A stretch of DNA of 63,242 nt, the filler included, from Nemertoderma westbladi (Eukaryota; Animalia; Xenacoelomorpha): assembly GCA_032718475.1 (NCBI GenBank). It is 4 parts of 4 records of this genome, joined end to end, with 100 filler letters (N's around TTAATTAATTAA, not from the genome) between each part and the next. Parts side by side here need not be neighbours in the genome. Positions count along the whole stretch, not along the records: positions 17,547 to 45,185 come from JAUCBJ010000383.1; 3 more parts are not named here. One strand, 5' to 3'. The translations under genes and the position numbers were made by a program. Below the pieces are notes generated by a model. That model made no database searches, was not told where the DNA came from, and was given only the letters and a program-made list of their open reading frames with translations. Each line of letters starts with the position of its first letter. Within the stretch, counting starts at the first letter, position 1. Shown here in pieces: positions 24,086 through 35,800 of the stretch.

Positions 24086-24148
24086 TGTAGTGCAGTAGTT
24101 TTTGTGCTGATGATGCCCCAATGGGGAGAAATTAATCCACTGTTTACA
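24086..24148 (+). ncRNA. Minimal type-I hammerhead ribozyme (3' copy)
   Basis: Identical to 19077-19139. CUGAUGA at 24107-24113, predicted cleavage after C24137. Confidence 0.85.
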
Positions 24149-24207
24149 TAATTATACTGAAGTGTTTATTGGGCGATGAAACTCCTTGTTGTTTTAATAA
24201 CTGTCAC

Positions 24208-27200
24208 AAGTAGAACCTTCATCTAATAGAGCATAGGTTGTAATATGCCTATCACCTGAGATTAATTTGATTGGGACAATAGAGAGCCATGTCCTTTTAT
24301 TGGAATGTGAGGTACTGAAAATAGCTTGAAGGTTAGGACGAGTGATTATATTATTATCATTGATGTGATTCAAGGGTGATGAAATGCTCTTACTAGGTGC
24401 TGAAGATTTGTTTATTGATGCGACAGCGACAGGATTAGACAATGATACGATACTGGAAGTTGTTCCTGCCATTGATGAAGGGGTTGTAGGTTTTGTAACT
24501 TGAGGATCGTGTAAGATTGTGTGGTGTTTGCTACCATTGCATACCTTACAAAGTAATTTTGAATTACAACTTGAAAGCACATGTTTAAATGATAAACATC
24601 TGTGACATCCCTTCTCTCTGGCAATGAAATGCCACCTGTCCTTGGGTGTTTTGCGCAGGAGCTCAGGACACTCACTTAGAAAGTGTTTCTCTTTACAGAT
24701 ACGACATGTGGGTAGTTGAAACTTATCATTAAGATTGGAAACAACATTTATGGAATTATCAAGAGTTGTAGATAATGTGGTAACCTTTGGCTTATCTACA
24801 GCATTGGAATTCGCTGATGGGCTATACCGTTGATTGGAAGACTTGAATGTACTGCTGAATTGAGAATACGCTGAGGGTTGTCGATAAAAGATGTGATCAT
24901 TAACTTCATCAGCGATTCGCTTAACGAAGTGAGCCACATTAATAAGACCTGGCTCAGAGTTATGCATCTCACGAAAGCGCATGGCCTCCCTAAGCCACCT
25001 GTTATATAGATGATCTGGAAGATTATTGACAATTTTACGGAGGTTGTCTGGTGAATTCATAAGACAGTTGTTTTCTAATTGTTCCAAGATAGCTAGCTTA
25101 TCCAAGATCTTATCAGCATAATCCCTAAGAGAAGTGCTTTGTTTTTGCCGTGAACCTGAAAGATCAACAGGACTTGTAAGTGCGGCAATTATTGATTCAA
25201 TAATAGTGCTTGGGTGACCGTACCTCTCATGTAGGCATTCCCAAGCTTTACTGTAACCATTAGCTGATCCTTCATAACGGGCTACTAAGTCATGGGGTTT
25301 TCCTTGGGTAAACTGTAAGAGATAAGATAATTTATCTGTGTCAGAAAGGGGTCGGACATCAATCTGGTTTCTGAAAGCTGATACAAAAGAAATGTATTTG
25401 GATACTTGACCATCGAAAATCGTTGGTTTAGGAAGTGGTAATGATATCCTTGCATTGAGACTTTCAAAGGCGGAGAGAGTGGCATCCATATTACTAGCGG
25501 TGTTGTTGCTATGTAAATTTGGAGCACCAGTAAAATTGTTTGATGCGATTGAATTATATGGGTTCCTAGTTGAATTATTGTTTGTATTACCAGTATAGGA
25601 TAAACCAGGCTGAGGTATCACAGATTGGTTAATATTGATTTGTGACTGGTTATTTGTGAACGTGTAAGGAATTGACTGAGAAACGTTATTAGCAACAGGA
25701 TAAGAATTGAAGTACTGAGTTGACATGATTGGCGAAAGATTTGGGATAACATTTTGTTGCGCAGAGGTAAGTGTATGTCCCCCCATAAAAGGGTTGGGAG
25801 GTACTTCTACACCGCGGGACATGATTGAGGAAGTTGTTGTTGTAGGTACTTGGTTTGATGGAGCTGCATCTGTACCTCCGATGGTCATATGAGTTTGGGG
25901 TATTGAACTGGTTGATTGTTGTCCTGGCAAGATTGGGGATGGGGAAGGAATAAAGCTTTGGACAGCAGGGTTCAGAGTTACAGACTTTACTGGGCCTGCT
26001 GGTTTGATGACCAAAGTTTCACTGAAATCAGTACCAGGTGAATTCTGAGGTGACTCTTGAAGGATATTTGAAGTTATTTTTGAACTGGAATGTTCAGGAA
26101 GAATATTATCGATCTGAGTTGCCATCTCAGGATTCAAAAGTTTTAATTCCTGAGCAGCAAGACTTTCATTCAACTCAGCAATTTGTATTAGGCCACTACG
26201 TTGTTTATCCTGTAGTTGTTTGGTTAATTTAGATTGTTCAGCATCCAAATCGCACCGTAATTTTGTTAGTTTGCGTTCACTACTAGCCTTAAGAAACTTT
26301 AGAGTAGCATTTGCTGAAACTGAGCTGGCTGAGTGGCTTGCTGAGGATTTGTGGCTAGATTTACTAGAATTCTTGCTGATAATAGAATTCGACTTTTTTG
26401 ATCTATGCAATACAGAAGACTGACATAAGGACTCTTTAAAGAAAGGCAACTCAGATGATAAAAAACCCTTTGTCATATCAGGGTCTAAAAAAGTAGATGA
26501 ACTTTGAGGTCCCTTAAGACTCATTACACTACCCGTACCAGAACCAACTTCATCTGAACATTTTGGTGCCAATACAGATAGTGGTTCAGATTGGTCACAT
26601 TTGTAATGGTATATATTATTCATGCGTTTCAGTTTTTCAGATAAAATCGTAACTTCCCCATTGTATTTACTTTGTAAATTTTCTGCTACTTCAGAATAAC
26701 CTAAATCATAAAGTTTGAGTATTGCTGTATTATATTCTTCCGAAATTGAATGGATCATAGATTTACATTTATTTAAATTAATTTCTAAAGAATTTAAGTT
26801 TGACATTTCTAAACTTGATTCTTTATTGAAGGAATTATAACATTTCGAAAAATGAGATTTGTAACCCGATACTGACCGCTTTACAGAATTTATGACATCG
26901 ACTTCCGATGTCGGGGGTCTGGATCTAGGCCCCAGACTGGAATCCATACACTTTGCGCCGGATTAATCCGGCGCACTTTACAATAAAAGCGCGCCAATGT
27001 GGCGCGTGGCGCGCTCGAAAATCGTAAAGTGCGCCGGCTTTGGCGCGTGGCGCTCCCAAAAATAAAAACCGGCGCCAATTTGTTGGTTTAACAACTACGG
27101 AAGTGCCTTAAAAATTGCAATAGCTGTTAAAAAATTTCGGCTCGCTTCGCTCTGTCGCTCGCCTTTCTTTTTTGTGTTGTATGGTTACTGCTGAACAGGG

Positions 27201-27613
27201 ACATGCAGACATGTACAGCTCTACAGCAATACCGGTACTGACATTGGCAGACTGGTTACACTCCTTCAAAATTGAAATTGCATTGGCGCGGCGCTCTTCA
27301 AAATTGTTTCAAATGTGCGGCGTGCTTAAAAATTTCGTTGGCGCAGGGTTTGCTTTGAAATTGCATCGGCGCATGGCACGCATAAAAATTGGTTGGCGCG
27401 CTATCCGGCGCACTTTTTGGATGGTTTCCATACAGGTCTAGGCCTACATACAGGGCCATCATTCCTACCTTTGTTACCAACAACCTGTTCCTGATTGGTT
27501 TGGATCCCACCTGAATCAGATAATCCATGTCCACTGGGATTGGTTGGCAATCCCAGGGTATCACTATTGATGACAGTTGCATCAAGATCTTCTTCGCCCG
27601 TCGTCCTCGACAT
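24208..27613 (-). mobile_element. BEL/Pao gag-protease region (different family from the first), interrupted by a MITE and truncated by the Penelope-like element
   Basis: ORF 24194-26947 contains PTIFDGQVSKY...KLSYLLQFTQGKP...AWECLHERYG, three knuckles (CRICKEKHFLSEC, CHRCLSFKHVLSSC, CKVCNGSKHHTILH) and TYALLDEGS. The true N-terminus is probably ORF 27401-27613 (MSRTTGEED...). Confidence 0.9.
26931..27435. mobile_element. ~505-bp MITE, hAT-like
   Basis: Imperfect TIRs (TGGAATCCAT..TGCGCCGGAT / ATCCGGCGCA..ATGGTTTCCA), GGCGC subterminal repeats, and an 8-bp TSD ATCTAGGC (26923-26930) / GTCTAGGC (27436-27443). Removing it restores the gag frame. Confidence 0.8.
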
Positions 27614-28066
27614 GCTGTGTTCCTGCGTTGTCAGTACAGCAGTATATACCTGATTGCGAACCCAGTCAGTTATTCGCGGTACCGGTATTATCGACGGTAT
27701 CGCGGTTTGAACTAAAGGCCTAAAGGTCTAATATTTAGGGGAGTATGGGCTGACAGGCTGACATAGGCTTAGCAGAAGATGGAAGCTTAAAGGCAGTGCA
27801 GTAGGCTATATGTCTGATATGTACGGCAATACTGTAGGCAATACTAGGCCTATAGGGCCTAATAATATTGTACGTATTTATCAAGTTCCTGAGTTCTGAT
27901 TACAACAGTACAAACTAATAGTTGGATAAGCGTATGCTAGAAAACTGACCTGAATTTATGTATAGCTGTTTGGCCTACCAGCAGGTTTCTAGGCCTACCA
28001 ATAGGTTTCTAGGCCTACCGTACCTACAAAATAATCTTAAAAGTCTGATATTGGACTACTGGACTA

Positions 28067-29787
28067 GGGTAAACTGGGGTAATTTGGGACAAAATCGTCC
28101 TTTAAAGCTTTTTTCAGAATCTTAAAAACATTTTTTTGATAATCCGACCTTATCAAGTATGCACCATGTACCCATTCTATCAAACTATTTACTTAATTTT
28201 TATTTTCAAATAATTAATTACCTTTTTTTAATTAATATTCATCAATGTCCCAAATTACCCCAGCATGGGGTAATTTGGGACAGTTGGGGGAATTTGGGAC
28301 ATAACATAAATCGAACAGTAGTAGCCCATTGTAATTGACACAAACTTTGTTGAGAAATTGTACAATGCATCAATAAGACCAAAAGTTGGGATTTTAGAGA
28401 CTGTTCGACACCATCAGTACAACAGTCTCCCGCTAGAGGGCTACATGTCAAACATTAATAAATGTCCTCCCATCTGCCATCTCTCTGCATTTAATCCGAC
28501 CAAAAGACAATACTGAAACTTGTCATACTTGTATTAGACCGACCATTAGCTCATAGCTGTCATGTGTCATTCAAAGGGGGCTAATCTGCATGCAGTTCTT
28601 TAGTCTGCCGCTAGAGGGCCGAATATCTGAAAGTGAAATCCTTGGCTCATTCCGTTATTTATGATCCGTTCAAGCTGAAACTTGTCAAAAATATATTGTA
28701 TGTCTGTCTGTCTTTATGCCAGTATGTGCTCAGCCAGAATACATCCTGCATCAATGTGCTGCTGCTGCTGTGTCTTGGAGGGGTCGGTAAGTGGTCTGCA
28801 CTACCACTAGAGGGCAAAATGTATGAAAGTGATAACCTTCCACTTCCCCTGTACCCATTTTGCCATTTACTTGATCTTAATCTGTTTAAGTTGAGTCTTG
28901 GAATATAGCAGTATAGTACCAGATCACGACTACATGATGTGTCTTTTTGAGGAAGGTGATTCATCTGCAGTTCTCCAGTCTGCTCATAGAGGGCGAAATG
29001 TCTGAAAGTGAAAACTGGAAAACCTTCTCCCATTTCCGTGATTCTAATTCGATTACCTTATGCTACTCGATAGGCCCTACTATACTGCTATACCACATGT
29101 TGAATCTTTGGGAAGAAGGTTATCGGTCATCTGTTCTCCAGTCTGCCGCTAGAGGGCAAAAATGTCTGAAAGTGACATCCTTGACTCATTCCATTATTTA
29201 TGATCCGTCCTAGCTGATACTTGTCAAATATGTTGTCTGTCTGTCTGTATGTATCAGTATGTGCTCTCTTTAGAATACATCCTGCGTCAGTAGTGTGTCT
29301 TGCAGTCTTGGTGGGGTCGGTAATTGGTCTGCAGTTCTGTTCTCCAGTCTGCTCCTAGAGGGCAAAATGTATGAAAGTGATCTTCCGCTTGCCCATGTCT
29401 CCATTTTCTTCATCTTACAGTCTTAATCCTGTACACTGTAATCTGTTTAAGCTGAGTCTTGGAATATAAGTACCTGACCACGACTACATGCTGTGTCTTT
29501 TTGAGGAAGGCTATTAATCTGCTGCTGCTGCAGTTCTCCAGTCTGGCTGCTAGAGGGCGAAATATCTGAAAGCGAACACCTTACACTTGCGACTTACCTG
29601 TGACGGCTAGTCTACCCGACAGCCCTACAGCATTTAAAAGAGCTAGAGAAAGTATGAAGATAAGTGTAGGCCTATAATTTAAACAACCCACCACACCCCA
29701 CTGCACTTACAGTTAAGGAAAGACTTGTCCCAAATTACCCCAGCCTGTCCCAAATTCCCCCATGTCCCAAATTACCCCAGTTTACCC
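28067..29787. mobile_element. Non-autonomous Tc1/mariner-pogo-type DNA transposon (1721 bp)
   Basis: Perfect 25-bp TIR GGGTAAACTGGGGTAATTTGGGACA with TA on both sides (28065-66, 29788-89). Extra TIR-motif copies at 28246-28301 and 29726-29761. Internal ~540-bp diverged duplication. No transposase. Confidence 0.9.
28415..29575 (+). promoter_or_regulatory. Cluster of seven co-oriented CTCF-like motifs
   Basis: Consensus TGCAGTTCTCCAGTCTG-CCGCTAGAGGGC(G/A), with cores near 28430, 28608, 28804, 28984, 29146, 29353 and 29547. Resembles the CTCF core plus the upstream TGCAG module. Confidence 0.6.
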
Positions 29788-30679
29788 TATACAGATACAG
29801 AGATACAGGTACAGGAACATAGGCCTATGCAATCTCGATTACAATACACAATACAGCAATAGGATCAGAGGATGATAGGGCAGTCAGGCTGTAGGACCAT
29901 ACCGGTATGGGGCCTAGGCTGCTAGGTACCGGTACCATAAGGCTTATATTGTAATAAGCGTATCTGCAGATCTGCCTATATATCCTGATGTACCGGTCTG
30001 CCGGTACTACTGCTAACTGTACTAGGCAGGGCTGCAGGGTGAAGGAATGCCGGAATATTTGAAATGTCTAACTGTCTGAATATGTGTAGAGTACCGGTAA
30101 GGTAGCTTAAAAAATTAAATTTGGTTATAATGTTCGCGGCGGAACTACTGAACTGAGCTAAACTATGTTCTATTTTGGTTGATCGCTAATTCTGTCTGCA
30201 TGGACTGATGGAAAATGTTTAAAGACAGTGGTTACGGTATGTCATCTTGCATTTTATTATAAATGTGGACTGGATGCTGGATGTTGAATCTGAATATTAA
30301 ATTATCTAAAGTAAAGATCTACTAAGGCTGCAATGTCTGAATGTGAAAGAAAGGGCTAAATTCTGAATGATGGAGTACTGAAGTAGGAAAGCGGAAAAGG
30401 CAGAAAAAGTAATAACCAAATTTGTGGGAAAAATGTTATGATTGAAATAGAATACAGAAAGAATCGGAAAGTCTGATGGTTGAGCTTTATATATACGGTC
30501 TGAATCTGAATGCTGATTGGTTACTCTATTCTGAGACATACTGTACAGTATGTCGAGTAAATATATTTATTGAAAATGGCATTTCGCCGATGACAGTACG
30601 AAATTTGGTCCTAGCACCAAAATTTGCCAAATTACGTCGAAAAATACAAGTAGCAATGATCTGGCATATTTGAAATGTA

Positions 30680-31158
30680 TTCCATTAGAATCAGCGCCCT
30701 AGAAAACCTGAAAATGTGAATTTATAGCATCGCATAAGTGAATTAAAAATTTTGTGTTCTAACTGAAAAGTGCTGGTAACTTGTTTTTTTCATTTTTTTC
30801 CTACGCAGAGAGGACTAAACAGCCATTTATGGTAATCATATCATTTTTAAATATCTTCCAATGTATTTTGCGCCCCAGAAAACCTGTATTGAAAAACAAT
30901 TAGACGAAAAATGTCAGCTTCAAATTTTCTGAAAATTGTGCACTACTTGTAATTTTGGTGCTGCAATATAACCACCCCAGTACATTTTTTCGAAAATTTT
31001 TTTTTTCGGTCGGATCCTGACTAGTGATACCTACGTACAAACAAAAAATCAGACGTTTTCGTAAAAATTTGTAGATTTTAGAGGGGGGGGGGGGGGGTCA
31101 ATATGACCCCTCCCCGGTATTTGTACAACATTTTATAGCCCGGTACTAATAGGGTTAA
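30680..31158. mobile_element. Possible single right end of a piggyBac-like (TTAA) DNA transposon
   Basis: Ends ...CCCGGTACTAATAGGG-TTAA with a subterminal palindrome GGGGTCAATATGACCCC. No matching left end found. Confidence 0.35.
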
Positions 31159-31775
31159 CCATGAACCAACACGGCCACAATGATTAATTATACACTCTAA
31201 CTACTAATTTAGTTTATTTATTATTATTATTGTTATAATTCGAAAGCACCAAATTTACATGAAAACACCCTGTGGTGCTGAAACTCCTTTTCAACTCTTA
31301 AGTTTCGATTTAAAAAGTTCAAAGCTGACACCCTATTCTTTCCCGTAATTAGTTCCTAAAACTACAATGAGAACATCACAGATGGCAGGGCAGGGCACGT
31401 AAATCAAACCAAACCTAAGCGGTGAAACTAAATCAAATTTGTGGGGCGAGTCAAAACTTTGAACCATCAGCGAAATGTTATAATTATACTATTGTTCTAA
31501 AAGTTTATGGGGGGTGAGTGTGTCAGTGTGTGTGTCGGAAGCCAAAGATATAACTGGCCATAGTAAAATTATAATTGTTCGTTAAGATGGCTTGCAGCTT
31601 TTGCTGCACAAAGGCCCCACTCCTCGTGTTATTGTTATTTGCAATTAAGGTAATACAGTATATCAGCACAAACTAAAATTCATGTTGACGCCACCGGCCT
31701 CTTTTACTTTCCTGCAATGGGCACAGGGCGGCAACTCTACTCCACAGTGTATTCTCCTGCAATAAAGAAATAATT

Positions 31776-31924
31776 TTGCCGAAACGCAACCTTTTGCCGA
31801 ATCGCGACTGTTGCCGAAACGCCGATTTTTGCCGAAACGCATCTTTTTTGCCGAATCGCACCTTTTTAGCCGAAACGCAACTTTTTTTGCCGAAACGCGA
31901 CTGTTGCCGAAACGCGACGACACC
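31776..31924. repeat. Short tandem GCCGAAACGC repeats (~8 copies, ~18-21-bp spacing)
   Basis: Directly visible. Likely a subterminal array of a MITE. Confidence 0.8.
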
Positions 31925-32397
31925 ATGTGAATAGTGAATCTCATTATAGTACACCGAACTCGTTCTAGACAGAGTGTCGCCATTTAAGCCTCTCACCATG
32001 TAACAGACCCAGGTACAGTACTACTATAAAAATAGAATTAGGATGCCTTCAGACAGTGTCGCCATTTCATAATGACTCTATACTGAAGCTACACAAAGGA
32101 GCAGGATAAGTATTAATCAGATAGGATAATTATTATACATACTCTTCAACCTTTAACAAAGCCGCATTCAACTCCCTATGAGCTACAGCAGTTAGCAATC
32201 TGTCAATAATAAAAATGAAATCGAACCGACATTTAGTCAGAGCAACAAAAAATAGATGGCCAAGGAGACAGACAGTCTGGATTTAGCTGAGTCGAGTTAA
32301 AACGCCTCACCAAAATGACCAAATAAGCCCATAGGAATACACTACTTATTGACTTACTTAGAATACACAACGTATTTGAATTTAGGTTCAGCCCTCC

Positions 32398-32665
32398 ACA
32401 CTGTCGGCAGAACGTAATGCTGACACTGTCGGCACAACGAAACGCAGACACGGTCGGCGCAACATAACGCCGATACACTGTCGACGCAACGTAACGCCGA
32501 CACTGTCGGCACAACGTAATGCCGACACTGTCGGCGCAACGTAACGCCGACACTGTCGGCACTACGTAACGCCGACACTGTTGGCACTACGTAACGGCGA
32601 CACCGTCGACACAACGTTATGCCGACACTGTCGGCAGTACGTTACGCCGACACTGTCGGCACAGC
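32398..32665. repeat. 30-bp minisatellite (~9 units) with an internal palindrome GCCGACA-C-TGTCGGC
   Basis: Directly visible. Confidence 0.9.
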
Positions 32666-32889
32666 GTTTGCACCCGTACCGTACATACTGTAATTAGGAG
32701 CGCATGTTTATAATTAAAGTACGGTGCAATTACAGATATTTATTTTATGGATGGTACCTAATGTCTCATCGATTTTGATGATAGGTGTTGATTGGAAAAT
32801 GGAACGTGTTGGTTTAGATTAATTGTACGGAAATGCGGTGGTTTATTATCGTGTTCAGAATTATTATGCCTAGGGTAGGTGCCAAAATG

Positions 32890-35800
32890 CACAACGAGCA
32901 ACAATGAACAACAACGAGCAACAATGACCAACAACGAGCAACAATGAGCAACAACGAGCAACAATGAGCAACAATGAACAACACAATGAGCAACAACGAA
33001 CAACAATGATGCAACAACGAGCAACAATGAGCAATAATAAAGTACAACAACGAGCAACAATGAGCTACAACGAACAACAACGAGCAATAACGAGCAACAA
33101 TGAGCAACAACAAGCAATAATGAGCAATAATAAAGTACAGTACACCAACGAGCAACAATGAGCTACAACGAACAACAACGAGCAACACAACGAACAACAA
33201 TGAGCAACAACGAACAACAATGAGGCAACAACGAGAAACAATGAGCAATAATAAAGTACAACAACGAGCAACAATGAGCTACAACGAACAACAACGAGCA
33301 ACAATGAGCAATAACGAACAACAATGAGCAACAAAGAGCAACAATGACCAACAACGAGCAACAATGAGCAACAACGAGCAACAACGAGCAACAATGAGCA
33401 ACAACGAACAACACAATGAGCAACAACGAACAACAATGATGCAACAACGAGCAACAATGAGCAATAATAAAGTAAAACAACGAGCAACAATGAGCTACAA
33501 CGAACAACAACGAGCAATAACGAGCAACAATGAGCAACAACAAGCAACAATGAGCAATAACAAGCAATAATAAAGTACAGTACACCAACGAGCAACAATG
33601 GGCTACAACGAACAACAACGAGCAACTTCAACGAACACCAATGAGCAACACAACGAACAACAATGAGCAACAACGAACAACAATGAGGCAACCACGAGCA
33701 CCAATGAGCAATAATAAAGTACAACAACGAGCAACAATGAGCTACAACGAACAACAACGAGCAACAATGAGCAATAACGAACAACAATGAGCAACAACAA
33801 GCAACAATGAGCAACAACAAGCAATAATAAAGTACAACAACGAGCAACAATGAGCTACAACGAACAACAATGAGGCAACAATGAGCAACAACGAGCAACA
33901 ATGAGGAACAGTGAGCAAATATAAAGTACAACAACGAACAACAATGAGCAACAACGGACAACAATGGGCAACAATGAGCTACAACGAACAACAACGAGCA
34001 ACAATGAGCAATAACGAGCAATATTAAAGTACAACAACGAGCTACAATGAGCAACAACGAACAACAATGAGCAACAACGGACAACAATGAGCAACAACGA
34101 GCAACAATGAGCAACAACGAGCAATAACAAGGTACAACAACGAGCAACAATGAGCAATAATAAAGTACAGCAACGAGCTACAATGAGCAACAACAAACAA
34201 CAATAAGCAACAACGGACAACAATGTACAACAACGAGCAACAATGAGCAACAAAGAGCAACAATGAGCAGCAGCGAGCAATAGTAAGGTACAACAACGAG
34301 CAACAATGAGCTACAACGAACAACAACGAGCAACAATGAGCAACAATGAGCAACAACAAGCAACAATGAGCAACAATGAGCAACAACGAGGAATAATAAA
34401 GTAACACAACGAGCTACAATGAGCAACAACGAACAACAATGAGCAACTACGGACAACAATGAGCAACAAAGAGCAACAACGAGCAATAATAAGGTACAAC
34501 AACGAGCAACAATGAGCAATAATAAAGTACAGCAACGAGCTACAATGAGCAACAACGAACAACAATGTACAACAACGAGCAACAATGAGCAACAAAGAGC
34601 GACAATGAGCAACAGCGAGCAATAGTAAGGTACAACAACGAGCAACAATGAGCTACAACGAACAACAACGAGCAACAATGAGCAACAACGGACAACAATG
34701 AGCAACAATGAGCAAAAACGAACAACAATGATGCAACAACGAGCAACAATGAGCAATATTAAAGTACAACAACGGGCAACAATGAGCTACAACGAACAAC
34801 AACGAGCAACAATGAGCAATAACGAGCAACAATGAGCAACAACAAGCAACAATGAGCAATAACAAGCAATAATAAAGTACAACAACGAGCAACAATGAGC
34901 TACAACGAACAATAACGACCAACAACGAACACCAATGAGCAACAACGAACAACAATGTGGCAACAATGAGCAACAACGAACAACAATGTGGCAACAACGA
35001 ACAACAATGTGGCAACAACGAGCAACAATGAGACAACAACGAGCAACAAAGAGGAACAGCGAGCAAAAATAAAGTACAACAACGAGCTACAATGAGCAAC
35101 CACGAACAACAATGAGCAACAACGGACAACAATGATCAACAATGCGTTACAACGAACAACAACGAGCAACAAGGAGCAATAAGGAGCAATAATAAAGTAC
35201 AACAACGTGCTACAATGAGCAACAACGAACAACAATGAGCAACAACGGACAACAAAGAGCAACAACGAACAATAACGACCAACAACGAACACCAATGAGC
35301 AACAACGAACAACAATGAGGCAACAATGAGCAACAACGAACAACAATGTGGCAACAACGAACAACAATGTGACAACAACGAGCAACAATGAGGCAACAAC
35401 GAGCAACAAAGAGGAACAGCGATCAAAAATAAAGTACAACAACGAGCTACAATGAGCAACAACGGACAACAATGATCAACAATGAGCTACAACGAACAAC
35501 AACGAGCAACAATGAGCAATAACGAACAACAATGAGCAACAACGAGCAACAACGAGCAACAATGACCAACAACGAGCAACAATGAGCAACAACGAGCAAC
35601 AACGAGCAACAATGAGCAACAACGAACAACACAATGAGCAACAACGAACAACAATGATGCAACAACGAGCAACAATGAGCAATAATAAAGTAAAACAACG
35701 AGCAACAATGAGCTACAACGAACAACAACGAGCAATAACGAGCAACAATGAGCAACAACAAGCAACAATGAGCAATAACAAGCAATAATAATGTACAGTA

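Larger units (their letters stand above)
17547..24207 (+). mobile_element. Penelope-like element (GIY-YIG-containing, Neptune-like) with direct pseudo-LTRs. The left end is hidden by the gap.
   Basis: RT+GIY-YIG ORF flanked by repeats 17547-19198 and 22556-24207 (offset 5009). The 3' copy ends with a 32-nt duplicate of the ORF start. Confidence 0.93.
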
